A stretch of 33,785 nt of DNA from Candidatus Parcubacteria bacterium (GTDB lineage Bacteria; Patescibacteriota; Patescibacteriia; UBA1558; GWA2-36-10). Under the pieces are notes generated by a model, which was given only the letters and a program-made list of their open reading frames with translations, searched no databases and was not told the DNA's origin. The stretch is taken from the NCBI GenBank assembly GCA_003599205.1, contig QZJA01000006.1:1-33785 (forward strand), given 5' to 3'. Positions 16,545 through 25,199 of this stretch are shown one piece after another; positions within the stretch are counted from its first letter, which is position 1; each line of letters begins with the position of its first letter. Position numbers and translations under genes: made by a program.

Positions 16545-17414
16545 ATGGAAAAATTTTTCCACAAGGTTAAAGAAAAAGATCAAAATGGCATGATTTTAGT
16601 TATGGCCATTATGATTTTGTCTATTGTGCTTACTTCTGTTTTAGCTTTGAGTCAGATAATTATGGGTGAGCTCAAGATGTCTTTAAACGCTGGTAATTCA
16701 ATTTTGGCTTTTTATTCAGCTGAAAGTGGTATAGAAAAAGGTTTGTATTATATAAAATATTCTCGAGAAAATAGTGATTTTAGTGATTTTATAAAATTGT
16801 CATACACTACGTCTTATAATGTAGATGATTTGGGAAATAAAAAATTTGTTATTTCAACATCCACTATTCTTGGCGGAGTGACGGATTTTTATGGTGTTAG
16901 TACTACTTCACCAGCCTATTTGGATATCATGGATCCGGCCGGAGCAGTTGGTATTATTGATTGGTCTGCTAGCGTTGGCTTGCCTAGTTATACTCAGATT
17001 TTTTGGGAAATAGAAAATTGTTTTCCTCTGCATGCTTCAGACAAGCTTGAGGTTACTATCAATTCTTTTGCCCAGGAATTTTCTGATCCCAAAACAGAGA
17101 CTAGGATAGCTATCTGTAATTGTGGTTATGGTGACGATGATTGTGATATTAGCTCTTATAGCAATATCAGTCCCAATAGGTATTATCATTTTTCTTTTAG
17201 GCCGCTGGATAGTGAAATAAAAGAATTGAATTTTAGAATGAGAAATGCCGCTAATGCTGAATTGAAAATAATGTCATCTGCCTTGATTGAAGCTTATGGT
17301 GAATACAGCAATTCACGCTATCGTCTTCAGGCAACAGTACCGACCTTAAATCCTGTTTCTGATGTTTTTAGTTATGTCTTATTTTCGGAAGAGGATTTGA
17401 CTAAAGGCTTATAA
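16545..17414 (+). CDS. PilX-like minor pilus protein (N-terminal anchor, no cleavage motif)
   Basis: MEKFFHKVKEKDQNGMILVMAIMILSIVLTSVLAL followed by AFYSAESGIEKGLYY, resembling the PilX N-terminal pattern. The listed start at 16464 overlaps the previous gene by 77 nt; ATG 16545 lies 5 nt after its stop. Confidence 0.65.
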   Translation: MEKFFHKVKEKDQNGMILVMAIMILSIVLTSVLALSQIIMGELKMSLNAGNSILAFYSAESGIEKGLYYIKYSRENSDFSDFIKLSYTTSYNVDDLGNKKFVISTSTILGGVTDFYGVSTTSPAYLDIMDPAGAVGIIDWSASVGLPSYTQIFWEIENCFPLHASDKLEVTINSFAQEFSDPKTETRIAICNCGYGDDDCDISSYSNISPNRYYHFSFRPLDSEIKELNFRMRNAANAELKIMSSALIEAYGEYSNSRYRLQATVPTLNPVSDVFSYVLFSEEDLTKGL

Positions 17415-17419
17415 TATAA

Positions 17420-19414
<1,995 letters not shown>

Positions 19415-19417
19415 CTT

Positions 19418-20008
19418 ATGGATAATTTTTACTTAGTAAACATTTATCTTTTGGTAATGGCAGTAGCTCTGGCACTTTTGGAAATTCAGATAGAAGGAGA
19501 GCATGGTTGGGCGCAGAATTTGCCGACTTGGCGTCCGCAGAAAAAGAGTTTTTTTGTTAATTTGTATAGCAAATTAATAGGTGGTAGACAAGTCACTGGT
19601 TATCACGTAATGATGTTTATTTTTATTTTGTTGATTTTCCATTTGCCATTTGTTTTTGGTTTGGAATTTAGACTAGAAGACTGGCTTAAAGTGGTTTCTC
19701 TTTACTTTATGTTTGTGGTGCTTTGGGATTTCTTGTGGTTTGTGCTCAATCCGCATCGGCCACTCAAGAAATTCAAAAAAGAGTATATCTGGTGGCACAA
19801 GTATTGGTGGGGAGGTATGCCAATTGATTATTATATCGTTTTGATTCTGTCTTTTGTTGTCTTGATCCCAGGAATGTTTCTTTTGGGGCCATATTTTTTT
19901 GTTAACTGGTGGATTACGAATGTTATTCTATTCTTTATAGAAGTGATGTTGATTATTTTGTTTACTCTTTATGTGCTTAAGATTGATATGTGGAACAGTA
20001 AAAAATAG
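19418..20008 (+). CDS. Trp-rich polytopic membrane protein, function unknown
   Basis: At least 4 predicted TM segments. Motifs LEIQIEGEHGWAQNLPTW and WWHKYWWGGMPIDYY. Confidence 0.65.
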   Translation: MDNFYLVNIYLLVMAVALALLEIQIEGEHGWAQNLPTWRPQKKSFFVNLYSKLIGGRQVTGYHVMMFIFILLIFHLPFVFGLEFRLEDWLKVVSLYFMFVVLWDFLWFVLNPHRPLKKFKKEYIWWHKYWWGGMPIDYYIVLILSFVVLIPGMFLLGPYFFVNWWITNVILFFIEVMLIILFTLYVLKIDMWNSKK

Positions 20009-20044
20009 TTTGCTCAATATCGATATTTTAGTTAAAATGACCTT

Positions 20045-20332
20045 ATGAAATTCAGTAAAGAAGAAGTAGAAAAATTAGCTAACCTGGCAAAATTGAAGCT
20101 ATCCGACCAGGAAATAGACCTTTACCAAAAGCAAGTAGAGGATATTTTGGCCTATGTAGATAAAATAAATAAGCTGAATTTGGCTGATATCAAAGAAAGC
20201 TTGAGTGGAATAGACAATAATGATCTCAAGCCCCGATCCGATAAAGTTGAGGTTTCGGACCCTCAAAGTATCAAGCAGGCTGGTCAGTTAAAAGATGATT
20301 ATATGGTCGCACCTAAAGTTTTTGACATTTAG
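20045..20332 (+). CDS. gatC: Asp/Glu-tRNA amidotransferase subunit C
   Basis: 95 aa with KEEVEKLANLAKLKLSDQEIDLYQKQVEDILAYVDKINKLN, directly upstream of gatA. Confidence 0.9.
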   Translation: MKFSKEEVEKLANLAKLKLSDQEIDLYQKQVEDILAYVDKINKLNLADIKESLSGIDNNDLKPRSDKVEVSDPQSIKQAGQLKDDYMVAPKVFDI

Positions 20333-20335
20333 ATT

Positions 20336-21775
20336 ATGGCAAATTTAGATTTGGAAAAATTAAGTATAGATAAAATTCAAGCTGGATTTTCAGCTGGTGA
20401 TTTTAGTAGTGAAGAATTGACTAATGCTTATTTGGAAAAAATCAAAAATGATGATACCAATGCTTTTATTTCTATCAATGAGCAGGCAATAGCTCAAGCT
20501 CAAGCAGCTGACAAGCGGATAAAATCAGGTCAGGGGACAGTTTTGACAGGAGTGCCTTTGGCAGTGAAAGACATTATTGTTGTTGCTGGCTTGAGAGCTA
20601 CTGGTGGCTCCAAGATTTTGGAAAATTATATAGCTGCTTATGATGCTACGGTTATAGCTAGATTGAAAGAAGCTGGCATGGTCGTTTTGGGCAAAACCAA
20701 CTGTGATGAATTTGCCATGGGCTCTTCCAATGAAAATTCTTCTTTTGGGCCAGTCTTGAATCCTTATGATAAGACTAGAGTGACTGGTGGCTCTTCTGGT
20801 GGCTCAGCAGCAGCTATAGCGGCCAATTTGGCTCCTGTAGCCCTAGGAACCGATACTGGTGGTTCTATCCGTCAGCCAGCAGCTTTTTGCGGTATATACG
20901 GTCTAAAACCGAGTTATGGCCGGGTTTCTCGTTGTGGCTCTATGGCGATGGCGTCTTCCTTGGATCAGATTGGTCCTATGGCCAATAATGTCAAAGATTT
21001 GGCTTATCTTTTGTCTTTTATGGCTGGCTTTGATGATAAGGATGCTAGCTCGGCTAAGGCCAAAGTCGGTGATTATCTGTCAGCTTTGCACAGTGATGCC
21101 AAGAAATTGACAATTGGTATTCCCAAAGAATATTTTGCTGGAGACATTGAACCTGATATAAAAAAAGCCTTAGAAGAGCAGATAGAAAAATTAAAAAAAG
21201 AAGGTCTAAAGATAGTAGAGGTGTCATTACCATATACTGATTATGCTTTGGCAGCGTATTACCTTTTGATGCCGGCCGAAGTTTCTTCCAACTTAGCGCG
21301 TTATGATGGTTTGCGTTATGGCGGGTCAGATTTGGCGGATAAAGAATTATCTTTGGATAATTGGTATAAAGAAGTAAGGAGCATTGGCCTTGGTGCTGAA
21401 AGTAAGCGCAGAATTATTTTGGGTACCTACATACTTTCAGCTGGCTATTATGATGCTTACTACAAGAAAGCGCAAAAGGTAAGGACTTTGATCAAACAAG
21501 AATTTGCCCAAGTGTTTTCTCAAGTAGATTTGCTTTTGACGCCAGCTACCCCGACCACTGCTTTCAAGCTTGGTGACAAAGCGCAAGATCCTTTGTCTAT
21601 GTACCTTTCTGATGTTTTTACAGTGGCTGCTAATATCGGTGGTATATCAGGTTTGGTTTTGCCAATAGCCAAGGATAAAAATGGTTTGCCGATTGGCTTA
21701 CAACTTTTGGCTAATGCTTTTTCTGAAGAAAAACTTTTCAACCTTGCTAGTTTTATAGAAAATTTAAACAAATAA
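20336..21775 (+). CDS. gatA: Asp/Glu-tRNA amidotransferase subunit A (amidase signature family)
   Basis: KDIIVVAGLRATGGSKIL, GGSSGGSAAAIA and GTDTGGSIRQPAAFCG. Confidence 0.95.
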   Translation: MANLDLEKLSIDKIQAGFSAGDFSSEELTNAYLEKIKNDDTNAFISINEQAIAQAQAADKRIKSGQGTVLTGVPLAVKDIIVVAGLRATGGSKILENYIAAYDATVIARLKEAGMVVLGKTNCDEFAMGSSNENSSFGPVLNPYDKTRVTGGSSGGSAAAIAANLAPVALGTDTGGSIRQPAAFCGIYGLKPSYGRVSRCGSMAMASSLDQIGPMANNVKDLAYLLSFMAGFDDKDASSAKAKVGDYLSALHSDAKKLTIGIPKEYFAGDIEPDIKKALEEQIEKLKKEGLKIVEVSLPYTDYALAAYYLLMPAEVSSNLARYDGLRYGGSDLADKELSLDNWYKEVRSIGLGAESKRRIILGTYILSAGYYDAYYKKAQKVRTLIKQEFAQVFSQVDLLLTPATPTTAFKLGDKAQDPLSMYLSDVFTVAANIGGISGLVLPIAKDKNGLPIGLQLLANAFSEEKLFNLASFIENLNK

Positions 21776-21784
21776 AAAAATAAA

Positions 21785-22546
21785 ATGCCAATTGACAAAA
21801 ATATTAAAAAAAGATTGGCCGATGCCTTGGCACAAAGTTATTTTGTACCTTGGCACAAAAGATGGTGGGGTAAAGTTTCGATTGTGGTAGCAGTTTTTGT
21901 TGTTATATTTATGGCTTATTTTGGTTATATTACAGTTGATAATATTCGTTATCTGGCCAAGGGTTATGTCTATGATAATTCTAGTGGCCTCTGGATATCG
22001 CCAGAACAGTACCAAGAGAGTCAGAGATTGACAGCTGAATTCATGAAAGACGACGATCCTTGGTTGGGTAGTGAAAATCCAGTTTTGTTTGTTGTAGCTT
22101 ATGAGTCGTTCACTTGCCCACATTGTAAGGCCAATCAGGAGGATTTACATAATTTCCTTACCAAATATGGCAGTATCGTTTTACTTATAGCCAAAGATTA
22201 TCCGGCAGAAGGCATTGATCCTTTTGCTTTTGAAGCTCATCTAGCAGCAGCCTGCGCCAATGAGCAAGATCGTTATTGGGAATACAGGGATCTTTTATTT
22301 GAAAATCAAGGTGACTTTTCTATTGAAAATTTCAAAGAATGGGCTAGGGATATTAATTTGAATGAAAGTCAGTTTAATGTTTGTTTGGATAATAAAAAAT
22401 TTAGCCATGAAATCCGTCAGGATGTAGCCGAGGGCAATCAACTAGGTGTTCCTGGTACTCCTACTTACGTCATCAATGGAGCGATGGTTCCGGGTGAAAT
22501 TCCTTTTAGCGTTTGGGAGCAAATATTGTCCGTTGTGATAAAATAA
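21785..22546 (+). CDS. Membrane-anchored DsbA-like thiol:disulfide oxidoreductase
   Basis: N-terminal TM segment VSIVVAVFVVIFMAYFGYI, thioredoxin-fold active site FTCPHCKAN, and the cis-Pro region GVPGTPTYVING. Confidence 0.85.
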   Translation: MPIDKNIKKRLADALAQSYFVPWHKRWWGKVSIVVAVFVVIFMAYFGYITVDNIRYLAKGYVYDNSSGLWISPEQYQESQRLTAEFMKDDDPWLGSENPVLFVVAYESFTCPHCKANQEDLHNFLTKYGSIVLLIAKDYPAEGIDPFAFEAHLAAACANEQDRYWEYRDLLFENQGDFSIENFKEWARDINLNESQFNVCLDNKKFSHEIRQDVAEGNQLGVPGTPTYVINGAMVPGEIPFSVWEQILSVVIK

Positions 22547-22549
22547 ATT

Positions 22550-23356
22550 ATGAATTTATTCTGGCAAAATTATATACCACAGCCCATTATATTTTCTTTA
22601 GGGCCGATTTCAGTCCGTTGGTATGGATTGATTTTAGTGGCAGCGATAGTAGCTGCTGGGTTATTGATAGGTAGATATTTACTCAAAAAATCAATTTTGA
22701 ATAAAGATCAGCTGGAAGATTTTTTATTTTATACAGTTATTTTAAGTTTGATTGGTGCTCGTTTTGGCCATGTGGTATTTTTCAATTTAGACTATTATTT
22801 GAAATATCCAGCGGAGATAATCCAAGTTTGGAATGGCGGTTTGTCTATCCAAGGAGGAGTTTTGTTTGGTTTGTTGACAGTTATCTTTTGGGCCAAGAAG
22901 CACAAAATTAGTTTTTGGAGATTGGCTGATGTTATTGTACCGGGTTTAGCCTTGGGCCAGGCGATTGGTCGGTGGGGCAATTATTTCAACCAAGAGCTTT
23001 TTGGTCGGCCAGTTAGTTGGGGTATTCCTATAAATTTTGCCAACCGGGAATTTCCTTATTTTAAAGAAGAATATTTTCATCCAACTTTTTTTTATGAATC
23101 AGTTTTGAATTTTTTATTGTTTATGGTTTTATATCTACTGCTAAAAGCCGGTAAGCTTAAAACCGGCCTAATAGCTATGATTTATTTGTTATCATATTCA
23201 GTGATCAGATTTTTTATGGAGTTTGTCAGGATAGATTTTACCCCAACAGTTTGGGGCCTGAGGATGCCTCAATTTATCAGTGTCTTGGTAGTAATGGCAG
23301 TTTTGGTTTATATATTTGCCTTTTACCTAAAACCCTTGCCAAAATCGAAAAAATAG
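22550..23356 (+). CDS. lgt: Prolipoprotein diacylglyceryl transferase
   Basis: ISVRWYGLILVAA, GARFGHV, IGRWGNYFNQELFGRP. Confidence 0.93.
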   Translation: MNLFWQNYIPQPIIFSLGPISVRWYGLILVAAIVAAGLLIGRYLLKKSILNKDQLEDFLFYTVILSLIGARFGHVVFFNLDYYLKYPAEIIQVWNGGLSIQGGVLFGLLTVIFWAKKHKISFWRLADVIVPGLALGQAIGRWGNYFNQELFGRPVSWGIPINFANREFPYFKEEYFHPTFFYESVLNFLLFMVLYLLLKAGKLKTGLIAMIYLLSYSVIRFFMEFVRIDFTPTVWGLRMPQFISVLVVMAVLVYIFAFYLKPLPKSKK

Positions 23357-23364
23357 GGTATTAT
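23336..23364 (+). promoter_or_regulatory. Sigma70-like promoter TTGCCA, 17 nt, TATTAT upstream of the tRNA-Asp nest
   Basis: TTGCCA at 23336-23341 and TATTAT at 23359-23364. The predicted start lies ~10 nt before the outer tRNA 5' fragment at 23381. Confidence 0.55.
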
Positions 23365-23380
23365 ATTCATGTTTTAATTA

Positions 23381-23729
23381 GGGGTGGTAGTTCCCCGCTA
23401 GGCGGGGCCCCGCCATAGGCGGTGGCAGCCCTAGTTATTTATTGGCCATTGATTTCATTTTGAAGTTTGATGAAATCTTATGAGAACGCCTGCCTGTCAT
23501 CCCACTACGCGCTGCGCGCTTCGCGGGACACAGCGCAGGAATTATTGTATGTCTGCCTGTGCTGGGGTGGTAGTTCAGCTGGTTAGAACGCCTGCCTGTC
23601 ACGCAGGAGGTCGAGGGTTCGAGTCCCTTCCATCCCGCCACAGGCAGACATAAATTAGAGGGTTCGCTTGTCCGCCAAAGTCCTGAGTTTCAGTGAAGGA
23701 CGACGGCGGAAGTCCCTTCCATCCCGCCA
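23381..23729 (+). other. Loop-expanded outer copy of tRNA-Asp: five colinear exact fragments enclosing the intact tRNA
   Basis: Exact matches to the intact tRNA: nt 1-13 at 23381-23393; nt 22-38 at 23483-23499; nt 39-45 at 23534-23540; nt 50-58 at 23658-23666; nt 59-77 at 23711-23729. All four helices are kept and all interruptions fall in loops. Confidence 0.6.
23564..23640 (+). tRNA. tRNA-Asp (anticodon GUC), 77 nt, CCA encoded
   Basis: Acceptor GGGGTGG/CCATCCC, D-stem GTTC/GAAC, anticodon stem CCTGC/GCAGG with loop CTGTCAC, T-arm GAGGG-TTCGAGT-CCCTT, discriminator G and a terminal CCA. Confidence 0.93.
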
Positions 23730-23734
23730 CTATT

Positions 23735-23759
23735 TAGCCTTTTTGTTTAGGCTATTTTT
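23735..23759 (+). terminator. Rho-independent terminator after the tRNA nest
   Basis: TAGCCT (23735-23740) pairs with AGGCTA (23749-23754), followed by TTTTT. Confidence 0.55.
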
Positions 23760-23771
23760 GTTGTTTTATTT

Positions 23772-23800
23772 TTGACAATTATAAGCCATTATGGTATTAT
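23772..23800 (+). promoter_or_regulatory. Near-consensus promoter TTGACA, 17 nt, TATTAT
   Basis: TTGACA at 23772-23777 and TATTAT at 23795-23800. Confidence 0.6.
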
Positions 23801-23828
23801 AAAGTAGCTTATTAAGGATAATCTTTAG

Positions 23829-24044
23829 CTGATAAACTATAAAAATAATATAAAAAAAGATACAAAAAATAAATTTATAGCTGGCGAGTCTAAGTATTGT
23901 CAAAGTTGTGGACAAGAATCACATAATCTCTTTGAGGTTACTTGCAATGTTCAAAAAATAAATCAATTACGTTATTGTGATAAGTGTAAAGGAAGCTATA
24001 AAATAAAGGAAAAAACAGTTAATAGTAGTATTTTACTTAAGTAA
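23829..24044 (+). CDS. Candidate small zinc-ribbon protein with no canonical start codon (71 codons open)
   Basis: The open frame encodes ...KYCQSCGQESHNLFEVTCNVQKINQLRYCDKCKGSYKIKEKTV... It contains no in-frame ATG, GTG or TTG. CTG 23829 lies 10 nt after AAGGA (23814-23818). The unit is bracketed by a strong promoter and a weak terminator. Confidence 0.3.
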   Translation: MINYKNNIKKDTKNKFIAGESKYCQSCGQESHNLFEVTCNVQKINQLRYCDKCKGSYKIKEKTVNSSILLK

Positions 24045-24081
24045 GCATTCTTATAATTTTATTGCTTAATATTAATTATCC

Positions 24082-24107
24082 CACCTTATATTAATAGGGT
24101 GTTTTTT
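24082..24107 (+). terminator. Weak terminator-like hairpin plus T-run
   Basis: CACCT (24082-24086) pairs with GGGTG (24097-24101), with a 10-nt loop, followed by TTTTTT. Confidence 0.3.
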
Positions 24108-24186
24108 ATTTGATAAATTATGATTTTATTATTATAATATAGCTATAATAATTAATTGAATTTTTATGAGAGAAGGAGGCGAGAGA

Positions 24187-24384
24187 ATGCCAAAGACGCC
24201 AGAGCAAGAGGCGATTGATTATATTGGCTCCGTGATTCAGAACTGTTATATGTTGGGGGCTAATGATTTTGAGCTTCCTACTTTGCGTGGGCTCCAAGAT
24301 AAAGTTAGAACAAAGGAAATTAGTCCAGAAGAAGCTAGAAAACTAGCTAGTGAAATAGAAAATCGAAAACAAAGCGATCACTAA
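24187..24384 (+). CDS. Small hypothetical protein (65 aa)
   Basis: GGAGG at 24174-24178 lies 8 nt upstream of ATG 24187. The listed ATG 24166 would translate through this SD. No recognisable motif. Confidence 0.6.
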   Translation: MPKTPEQEAIDYIGSVIQNCYMLGANDFELPTLRGLQDKVRTKEISPEEARKLASEIENRKQSDH

Positions 24385-24400
24385 TTTTTCAGTATTAAAA

Positions 24401-24427
24401 AGACGCCCTCAAGAGGGCGTCTTTTTT
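24401..24427. terminator. Bidirectional terminator between convergent small genes
   Basis: AGACGCCCT (24401-24409) pairs with AGGGCGTCT (24414-24422). It is flanked by AAAA upstream and TTTTTT downstream. Confidence 0.8.
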
Positions 24428-24439
24428 ATTAGTTGACTT

Positions 24440-24613
24440 TTAGAATTTTCGGTCTCTTTTTGGTGGTCTTTTTTTACGATAGCAGTCCCGACAGAAAATT
24501 GGTCGGTCACCATCTGGCTCAAAAGGTAGTTGGGTGATTTCAACACCGCATTCAGAACATTCCCAGTGACCTTCTACCATTGGTCTTTGACCAAAGTCTT
24601 TTTGATTGTCCAT
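24440..24613 (-). CDS. Small zinc-ribbon protein (57 aa), absent from the ORF track
   Basis: My reverse-strand translation is MDNQKDFGQRPMVEGHWECSECGVEITQLPFEPDGDRPIFCRDCYRKKRPPKRDRKF. It has CxxC-x17-CxxC and a basic tail, starts with ATG, and the bidirectional terminator lies downstream. Confidence 0.7.
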   Translation of the reverse strand: MDNQKDFGQRPMVEGHWECSECGVEITQLPFEPDGDRPIFCRDCYRKKRPPKRDRKF

Positions 24614-24731
24614 TTAAATGGCCTCTTTTCGTATTTTGAGGAATTTTTATAAAAAATTTCAGCAAAATATCTTAATTAATTAGCTTATAAATATTATCAT
24701 AGCCATATTTTTTTATCAATAGAGGTCGATA

Positions 24732-24760
24732 TTGTTGTTTTTCCTTATTTAAAGTATAAT
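24732..24760 (+). promoter_or_regulatory. Promoter TTGTTG, 17 nt, TATAAT upstream of the DUF378-like gene
   Basis: TTGTTG at 24732-24737 and TATAAT at 24755-24760. Confidence 0.5.
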
Positions 24761-24809
24761 AAATACATAATTATTGAGCTATTCTTAGCTTAAGAAAGGA
24801 CTTAAAAAT

Positions 24810-25091
24810 ATGAAAGGAATTCACATGTTGGCCTTTTTACTGCTGGTAGTTGGCGGTTTGAATTGGCTATTAGTAGGCGTCCTTGGCTGGGACGTGGGTG
24901 AATTGTTTGGTGGACAACAAGCAATGATCTCTAGGATTATTTATATCCTAGTTGGTTTAGCTGCTTTGTGGGAAGTACTTACTCACAAAGGAGCCTGTAA
25001 GTATTGTCAGGCAGTAGTAAAAGAAGAAAAACCAATGCCAAGTGAACCGGCAGTTGAAACTAGTGGTTCAAGCGAAGGTGAGTCAATGTAA
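24810..25091 (+). CDS. DUF378-family small membrane protein with a C-terminal extension
   Basis: LLLVVGGLNWLLVGVLGWDVGELFGG...ISRIIYILVGLAAL is the typical two-TM DUF378 pattern. AAAGGA lies upstream of the ATG. Confidence 0.8.
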   Translation: MKGIHMLAFLLLVVGGLNWLLVGVLGWDVGELFGGQQAMISRIIYILVGLAALWEVLTHKGACKYCQAVVKEEKPMPSEPAVETSGSSEGESM

Positions 25092-25103
25092 AATTTTATA
25101 AAA

Positions 25104-25136
25104 AACACCCTTAGACAAAGCTGGGGTGTTTTTTTG
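25104..25136 (+). terminator. Rho-independent terminator
   Basis: AACACCC (25104-25110) pairs with GGGTGTT (25124-25130), followed by TTTTT. Confidence 0.65.
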
Positions 25137-25199
25137 TGCTAATTTTTGTTATACTTAAGCTATAAACTCTGTTTTAAATAATAATTAATTTTTATCGGA

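Noticed and set aside
4568-17414. Possible secretin, PilP or PilF among the small unassigned ORFs of the pilus locus (for example 7853-8212)
   Set aside because: The 119-aa protein is a simple bitopic protein with no lipobox and no secretin-like beta-domain. Nothing in the window is large enough or has the right composition to be a secretin.
23435-23641. 68-aa minus-strand ORF (MAGWKGLEPSTSCVTGRRSNQLNY...)
   Set aside because: It is the antisense translation of the tRNA-Asp gene and its fragments. The GLEPST...NQLNY-type peptide is a classic artefact of reading a tRNA backwards.
24166-24186. ATG 24166 as the start of the small hypothetical gene
   Set aside because: The segment MREGGER is the translation of the GGAGG ribosome-binding site that serves ATG 24187.
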